Origin: an uncultured virus (IMG/VR IMGVR_UViG_3300031992_001727)
Lineage: Duplodnaviria > Heunggongvirae > Uroviricota > Caudoviricetes
Virus record (IMG/VR): IMGVR_UViG_3300031992_001727
DNA: 64,000 nt
Direction: 5' to 3' (one strand)
Part shown: piece after piece, positions 59,201-64,000 of the stretch
Layout: the number at the start of each line of letters is the position of its first letter
How positions within the stretch are numbered: the first letter of the stretch is position 1
The notes under the pieces: generated by a model
Databases searched by the model: none
What the model was told of the DNA's origin: nothing
The model's input: the letters and a program-made list of their open reading frames with translations, nothing else
Translations under genes and position numbers: made by a program

Positions 59201-62200
59201 CAAGACACACTTGACCGACTGGCTATGGCCATGCTGCGCTCAAATGGTTTCACCCTTGACGAGGTTGTGTTGCTTGGTGAACGTGCCGCTAGCGACCTGC
59301 GCACCAGCATCACGCGCGAGGCAGAGAAGATGGGTGTTGACATCAATGACATCATAGAGTCGAACAACACAGACACGATGAAGGCCTTGCTTGATGCTGC
59401 CATCGCCAACAACAGAACCATCAGTGATGACACGCGTGCGCAGTTTAATGCTCTGCGCGACTACATCATGACGCACCCAGCGACGTTCCGTGTTATCATG
59501 CGTGTTGAGACCCAGGAAGATGGTGAGGCGCGGAAGTATCTCAAAGGTCTGAATGGTGCTAAGAATGCCTATCAGCTTGCTCAGACCTATGGCTCAAGCA
59601 CTCCCGAGGGCGGTGACACGAACGAGAAGGCCATCAAACGTGCAAAAGACAACTATGCGAATGCATTAGAAAAGCAACAAAACCTTGGTCGGCAGCTGAA
59701 GAACCTAGAGAAACAAGGCCAGAAGAACAGCCAGCTATATAAAGACACCAAGAAAGCCTTCGACAACGAGAAAACAAATGCAGACCAGGCGAAAAAAGCG
59801 TATGATGACCTTGGCGGTGACCCGGCAGACTTTCAGCCTAAAGGCAAGAAAGGCGGCAAGACCGGGCACAAGACTGGTGGCAAGGGGACGAAGCGTGATG
59901 AGTGGTTGGATGTGATGCGTAACCGCTTTGCTGAGTACAAGGAGGCGCGGGCCGAGGTTGAGAAGCTGCGCAAGATGGGCATGAGCGAGGCCAAGGCTAT
60001 TGAGGAAGTGATGAAGATGCCTTGGGACTATGACCTGAACAAGGATTACCTTGGCCGTGGTGATGCGAAGGCCCTGGTAGACTATCTGATTCCGCTGGTT
60101 GAGCAGCATGGCAAGGGCCTGCAAGGCTCGTTCAAGCAGGCTAACAACAAGTTCTTGATGGAGTTGCGCAAGGCTCAGCATGATGACCAGCTGAAACAAT
60201 ATGAGGAAGAGACCAAGAAGATAGGCGATGCCATCAAGAAGCACATTGAGACAGGTGTGCGGCAGTGGAAGTTGTATGACGCGCTGTTTGCGGCGACTGG
60301 GGATGAGGCTTTGAGCGCGAATGCGGCTTTTGGGGGAAAGAAGCTGTTTCGGAACATCGAGGAGCAGCTGATTGCTCTGTTCAACAAGAACGAGGGGAAG
60401 GTGGACTTCTCGGACGCGTTGCAGATGGATGAGAAGACGCTGAGCGAGAAGCTACTGAAAAATGCTGACGAGTATATCGACCTGCTGAAACGCATCAAGG
60501 AGATGCGTGATAGCGGCTGGAGCGACATCATGACAAAGGCAGCCGAGGCGATGGAAGCGCAGATGACGCTTGAGGAGAAGTTGCAGAAGCAGCGCATGGT
60601 GAACCAGAAGGAGCTTGCCGACTTTGTGAAGCGCAACGGTGGCATGGAGAAGGTAATGTCGAACCCCGAACTGTTGAAGCTGTACAATGCGCTGAAGAAT
60701 GCCGGGCTTCGCGCACTTGCCGAGCTGGAGCAGGAAGGTGTGAAGCTGAGCGCGTTTTGGAAGGGCTTGTTTGACAAGTTGAGCGAGAGCACGCTTGGCG
60801 GTCTGCGCCGTGTGGTGACCAAGTATGGCACCGCGTTGAAGAATGCCAAGCGCAACGGCGACGGCACATGGACTGTGCCAGGCATTGACCAGCCGGTGAC
60901 CGAGGGCACCTATCGTGAGATGGTGAAGCGCATAGAGGACTTGCGCGAGAAGATTCGCGAGTTGAGTCTGACTGACTATCTGAGCGACCTGTTCGGCAAC
61001 GATGGCCTGTGGCGCAGGGCCGAGACGCTGGGCGAGAAGATGGAGATTATCGCCATTGCCGTGGGGCGTGTGCATGATGAGCTGAAAAAGGCCACTGGCC
61101 CGATGAAGGAGTTTTTCTCGGCCCTTGGCAATGACACGGTAGGCGACTATGTTGACTTCTTCGACGAGATGCTGAACGGCATCACCGAGCTTGGCACTGG
61201 AGCGGCGAGGATGGCTAGCGGCGACCTGCTGGGTGGCGGCATTCAGGCTGTGGGCGGTTTGTTCTCGACGATAACGAGTTTCTTCAACTTCCACGACAAG
61301 CGGTTGGAGAAGCTGATTGAGGAGAGCAAGCGAACGGTGTCGAAGTTGGAGAATGCTTACTCGCAGATGGAGAAGGCCCTGGAGCGCAGCCTTGGCGGCA
61401 TGTACACGACCCGCAGCTACCAGCAGCAGCTGAACAACCTGATGCAGCAGCGCAAGGAGGTGCAGCGGCAGATGGATGCCGAGCGTGACAAGAAGAAGAC
61501 CGACAAGGATGCGCTGATAGCATACCAGCAGCAGCTTGCTGAGATGGATGACCAGATCAAGCACTTTGCCGAGGACATGGCTAACTCGCTGTATGGCATC
61601 GACATCAAGAACTGGGCCAAGCAGCTGACTGACGCAGTGGTGAACGCCTGGCGCAACGGCGAGAATGCCGTTGAGGCCTACCGTGACAAGGTGAAGGACA
61701 TCATTGCCGAGGTTGCGACGAGCATCATCAGCCAGAAGATTATGGAAGCCGCGTTGCAGCCCGTGCTTGACACGCTGGTGGCAGAGATGACTGCCAAAAA
61801 CGGATTGCTGGACGAGGGGACCATCATGACCTTTGCGACGATGCTGGGCAATGCCGGCAACACGGCAGTGAACACGATAACTGGTGTGCTTGACGCACTG
61901 AAAGCGCAGGGTTATGACTTGACCAGCGGCAACGGGGCAGGCACACTGGGGCAGGGCATCAAGGAGATCACCGAGGACCAGGCGAACTTGCTTGCCAGCT
62001 ACATCAACGCAATGCGCGCTGACTTGAGCGTTGTGCGGATGCTGTGGGAGCAGCACGCGCTGGGATTGAGCGTTGTGAGCCAGGCGCAGCTGACTGAGCT
62101 TGCCGCCATCAGTGCGAACACGTTGCGCAATGCCGAGGCTGCTGAGCGCATTGAGGCCGCGCTTGGGTCGGTGATCACAGTTGGTGCCAGCGGCGCGAGG

Positions 62201-62212
62201 GTGCGTGTGTGA
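56291..62212 (+). CDS. Tape measure protein
   Basis: 1973 aa helical; ALKSPF, DMSRLILAYGQV, LRGQELRQFTEAG. Confidence 0.92.
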   Translation: MAEGGGPSLGNFYFDVIFRDKSQGFLEHVKNTLKSIDRSITINISSTGVNGDVSKIQQAINQKLANVKAVVPVLLNNQAAVQIGDLLTKLKGMTVELNVLLKNPTKKNLESIQRAVRSMVVQIDVKLKEIDQAKIDALKKRTEGKLKLEATVNMNTARNSLSQALKSRPFKFDVVVDQMKVARAVQAALTQAGYSGAGMTAAQARAQRAMQQQQESIARIARQNAETQAKIARQDAAQQAKTAQQAGIAAQRQATAAQQTAAAHARAQAAIARSTAAINRNTQANRQNAASFMLVRRSMLESIPLAGSLANMARNYVGVFGAVSAVRSLYRIRAEFERQEVALRALMQSASQAREVMGQLQQMALKSPFSVSDIVSFSKQLSAFSIGNNELVETTKRLADLSAGLGVDMSRLILAYGQVKAATVLRGQELRQFTEAGVPMVQALADQFTKLEGRVVTAADVFDRISKKAVSFEMVKQVLDSMTSEGGRFYDHQAKMVETLYGKMERLGDAYKVMMNQLGSSHDALLKAPIDAITKAMMDWRSTVRAIVTMLASSGIWKFVNYLKTPPQAFAGLQGMKEAALMQKRMTAMTAMYERGGLDKLNRGMQSYIMLSNTMTKTDWKNVVMKNNLSKAETMYLYTTGRLTKAHVEWIASQRKWNLAAQQSILNMSKMQLLGMRAGIAITRLAASVRAFAAQALPVAIISLFVDIIGKVIQAKQEIDDFNKQVRESAKETVDDLRSYLDSHRDAFDLVVNPEISQDSDTLQKTWEDLKQKIATLPGQELILGIVSDGADGDLKKLNANAIEFLRTMERVSDEIKNMNTQMEYTQDDWLYGLFDEGVKSDVKDYNDKLKETRKEITAINDYLRHNKVNFELTIGGLDSSSINDMREAIASAGANEAWVGEAATRAASQLKEAYDEMSDEINASLRTSLLPVFEELRQKGITSPKEMAAAYQQIMPQIREAMGATTKEAQDTLDRLAMAMLRSNGFTLDEVVLLGERAASDLRTSITREAEKMGVDINDIIESNNTDTMKALLDAAIANNRTISDDTRAQFNALRDYIMTHPATFRVIMRVETQEDGEARKYLKGLNGAKNAYQLAQTYGSSTPEGGDTNEKAIKRAKDNYANALEKQQNLGRQLKNLEKQGQKNSQLYKDTKKAFDNEKTNADQAKKAYDDLGGDPADFQPKGKKGGKTGHKTGGKGTKRDEWLDVMRNRFAEYKEARAEVEKLRKMGMSEAKAIEEVMKMPWDYDLNKDYLGRGDAKALVDYLIPLVEQHGKGLQGSFKQANNKFLMELRKAQHDDQLKQYEEETKKIGDAIKKHIETGVRQWKLYDALFAATGDEALSANAAFGGKKLFRNIEEQLIALFNKNEGKVDFSDALQMDEKTLSEKLLKNADEYIDLLKRIKEMRDSGWSDIMTKAAEAMEAQMTLEEKLQKQRMVNQKELADFVKRNGGMEKVMSNPELLKLYNALKNAGLRALAELEQEGVKLSAFWKGLFDKLSESTLGGLRRVVTKYGTALKNAKRNGDGTWTVPGIDQPVTEGTYREMVKRIEDLREKIRELSLTDYLSDLFGNDGLWRRAETLGEKMEIIAIAVGRVHDELKKATGPMKEFFSALGNDTVGDYVDFFDEMLNGITELGTGAARMASGDLLGGGIQAVGGLFSTITSFFNFHDKRLEKLIEESKRTVSKLENAYSQMEKALERSLGGMYTTRSYQQQLNNLMQQRKEVQRQMDAERDKKKTDKDALIAYQQQLAEMDDQIKHFAEDMANSLYGIDIKNWAKQLTDAVVNAWRNGENAVEAYRDKVKDIIAEVATSIISQKIMEAALQPVLDTLVAEMTAKNGLLDEGTIMTFATMLGNAGNTAVNTITGVLDALKAQGYDLTSGNGAGTLGQGIKEITEDQANLLASYINAMRADLSVVRMLWEQHALGLSVVSQAQLTELAAISANTLRNAEAAERIEAALGSVITVGASGARVRV

Positions 62213-62323
62213 TGGTGATGGTTATGGCCGTGACAGGAGTCACGGCACAGCGAGACTGATTGTGCGGGCGGGGTCGCCCGCAATACTGAACTGATGGTGT
62301 AACTTTGATTAATAATTAATGAT

Positions 62324-62812
62324 ATGGCTAGAGATAGGGTATTGTTTCAGCGGGGCGATGATTTCAGGACGCTTGACACCTGGGGGCTTGTGTTGTGTGA
62401 GGCCCCGATTCAGCTGATGAGCGATGTGAAGGAGCCTTACAAGAACGAGTGGCCTGACGAGCATGGCGATGAGGAGTTGGCAGATGTGTTGTACTACCAG
62501 TCGTATGAGTTGGAGCTGACGATGGCGACTCGGTCGGTGTTGTTGAACACGACGGCTGTTGAGGTGCGCGCGTTTGTCGAATGGCTAGCTGCCGGCGAGT
62601 TTATGTTGTGGGTTGAGCATGGCAACCTTGGCCGTCAGAAGGTGCGTTATGCGGGCTATGAGGATGATGCTCACATGTGGAAGCAGAAGATTCGCTCTGG
62701 CGGTCGAGACCAGGATGAATGGGTGTTGCAGTTTAAGATTAAGCTTAAGGTGAATGACCCTGTGACGCGTGTTTTCCCGAACTCGACTTACACGGGGTTG
62801 CGTGTGCTGTGA
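62324..62812 (+). CDS. Probable distal tail (Dit-like) protein
   Basis: KEPYKNEWPDEHGDE...F...LKVNDP; follows TMP. Confidence 0.6.
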   Translation: MARDRVLFQRGDDFRTLDTWGLVLCEAPIQLMSDVKEPYKNEWPDEHGDEELADVLYYQSYELELTMATRSVLLNTTAVEVRAFVEWLAAGEFMLWVEHGNLGRQKVRYAGYEDDAHMWKQKIRSGGRDQDEWVLQFKIKLKVNDPVTRVFPNSTYTGLRVL

Positions 62813-62900
62813 TGTGCAAGCCGGTGGCTTGCAATACTGAACTCTTGTGCGGGCGAGGTCGCCCGCAATACTGAACGGTGATTGTTGGTTTAACTTTTAA

Positions 62901-63158
62901 ATGTTTTGTGAGATGATTTGGATTTTATTGCTTGGTGTTGTTTGTGTTGCTCTCGCTGGTGCTTGCTGGCGCATGAGTTGCAACCGTGATGAGTGGATGG
63001 TGCGTGCCCATGAGCTCAGTGACTCGCTTCGCTTGAGCGATGAGCGTCTTGCCATGCTCGAGGAAGAGCGTGACTCGCTTGCCGCAGAGGTGGGTACCCT
63101 CAGTGCCAAACTGAGCCGTAAGGGGACTGGCCGCAAGGGAAGCAAGAAGTCGCAGTGA
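62901..63158 (+). CDS. Small membrane-anchored coiled-coil protein
   Basis: N-terminal TM helix, 85 aa. Confidence 0.5.
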   Translation: MFCEMIWILLLGVVCVALAGACWRMSCNRDEWMVRAHELSDSLRLSDERLAMLEEERDSLAAEVGTLSAKLSRKGTGRKGSKKSQ

Positions 63159-63284
63159 TGTTGCCAGCGGGGTCGCTGGCAATACCGAACACTTGTGCGA
63201 GCCACTGGCTCGCAATACCGGACGATTGTGTTTTGTGTTTTCTATTTTTTATAGTATCTTTGTGGGTGAAAATACTTTGGTGAT

Positions 63285-64000
63285 ATGAGTGTAATCAGAA
63301 AAGAGAATTGGAAGAGCGACATCAGGCTTGCTGTGACGCTGCTTGTTGGTGGTGAGGCCGTGCATGTGCCGAGCCATGCTTTCACGCTGCGTTTCAGGGT
63401 GTGCAATGGGCAGACCTACTATGACTGCTGGCGTGATGATGGTGGTGTGTATCACAACTGCCGCCCGAACGATGACGGGAGCATGCTGCTGTGTTTCCTT
63501 GACAACCACAAGCTGGGGCTTGGTGAACTGCACTGCGAGTATTATGACTATGCTCCGGATGCCGATTTTGCTGATGGTAACAAGTTGACCGTTGTGCCAC
63601 AGGTGCTGCCGATAGAGCTTGTTGCTGGTGCTGGCGATGATGCTGAGCAGGTGGACGCGGAAGTGATTGTTGCGATAGACGGGCTTGTGGGTGATGCTCA
63701 AGAGGCTATTGCCGCTGCAACGGATGCCTCTGTGCGCGCGAATGAGGCCGCTAGCCGTGCCGAGAGTGCTACGTCAGACGCAGTTGAAGCCGCTACTGAT
63801 GCCTTGCAACGTGCAGAAGAAGCACGTCAAGCCGCCAGTGCAGCGAATGCTGCCTCGACAAGAGCGAATGATGCCGCCGAGGCTGGCATGGACTTGTGTG
63901 AACGCGCCTCGGAGACAGCGACAAGTGCCGCGAATGCCGCGAATGTTGCCCGCGTCAACGCTGAGATGGCTGCAAGTGTAGCCAACCAGGCTGCTGGCCG
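63285..64000 (+). CDS. Tail fibre/upper baseplate-like protein, runs off window (not in ORF track)
   Basis: MSVIRKENWKSDI...LDNHKLGLGEL...PDADFADG then Ala-rich coiled coil, no stop to 64000; TATCTTTG promoter at 63255. Confidence 0.7.
   Translation, partial: MSVIRKENWKSDIRLAVTLLVGGEAVHVPSHAFTLRFRVCNGQTYYDCWRDDGGVYHNCRPNDDGSMLLCFLDNHKLGLGELHCEYYDYAPDADFADGNKLTVVPQVLPIELVAGAGDDAEQVDAEVIVAIDGLVGDAQEAIAAATDASVRANEAASRAESATSDAVEAATDALQRAEEARQAASAANAASTRANDAAEAGMDLCERASETATSAANAANVARVNAEMAASVANQAAG

Larger units (their letters stand above)
1837..62250 (+). repeat. Dispersed hairpin family A (14 copies): GCC-N5-NGGA-N5'-GGC-AYAG, often followed by ..GACCG
   Basis: Starts at 1837, 2715, 4934, 6199, 15119(-), 43826, 45255, 47808, 51012, 53210, 54949 (degenerate), 54982, 56133, 62227. 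Confidence 0.9.
3589..63218 (+). repeat. Dispersed hairpin family B (12 copies + 2 variants): TGC-N5-(N)RGT-N5'-GC-AATAC(T/C)GAAC
   Basis: Starts at 3589, 4107, 5415, 9906, 49349, 55438, 56234, 62264, 62816, 62849, 63163, 63197; variants 1882, 52531. Confidence 0.9.

Noticed and set aside
57215..62056. Long antisense ORFs (662 aa, 534 aa) opposite the tape measure gene, and similar shadow ORFs elsewhere
   Set aside because: Expected shadows of codon bias; no recognisable motifs
62811..63225. Clustered B repeats as a CRISPR mini-array
   Set aside because: Repeats vary in the stem, spacers are about 10 bp or whole genes, and no cas genes are present
1..64000. Impression of frequent CTAG as a 5mC-deamination footprint, and possible stop-codon reassignment
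   Set aside because: CTAG enrichment needs k-mer counting I cannot run; long genes read intact in code 11 and the only tRNA is a normal Trp(CCA), so no recoding

Overview
The window is most of the genome of a temperate, long-tailed (siphovirus-like) phage or prophage of a Bacteroidales (Prevotella-like) host, inferred from TAnnTTTG promoters, an Arm-type integrase and typical gene families. It contains a receptor-binding LRR gene end, an uncharacterised 4-gene cassette and lysis genes (1-6.7 kb). A long leftward replication/recombination/accessory operon follows (6.8-27.4 kb: radical SAM, dUTPase, intein-containing C5 DNA methyltransferase, DnaB, initiator, RuvC-like, YqaJ/RecT, tRNA-Trp, Xis/Cro). 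Next come the repressor/integrase (27.6-30 kb), an early 'leading region' with ArdA and a second tyrosine recombinase (30-41 kb), an AT-rich putative origin plus D5-like helicase (41-43.8 kb) and an unusually ordered morphogenesis module (44-64 kb). Three features stand out. (1) The methyltransferase variable region is broken into about 14 small overlapping module ORFs, staggered almost uniformly by +1 frame; ten G7-G10 tracts and one A9 tract lie in this region, and several tracts are currently out of phase. This looks like a combinatorially phase-variable, multi-polypeptide, multi-specificity methyltransferase. (2) There are about 28 short intergenic hairpins in two families with covarying stems and fixed flanks; their orientation follows the strand, not gene direction. 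(3) About 8 minimal tRNA-like T-loop elements sit upstream of leftward genes. All calls are by eye from sequence motifs; no database searches were run.
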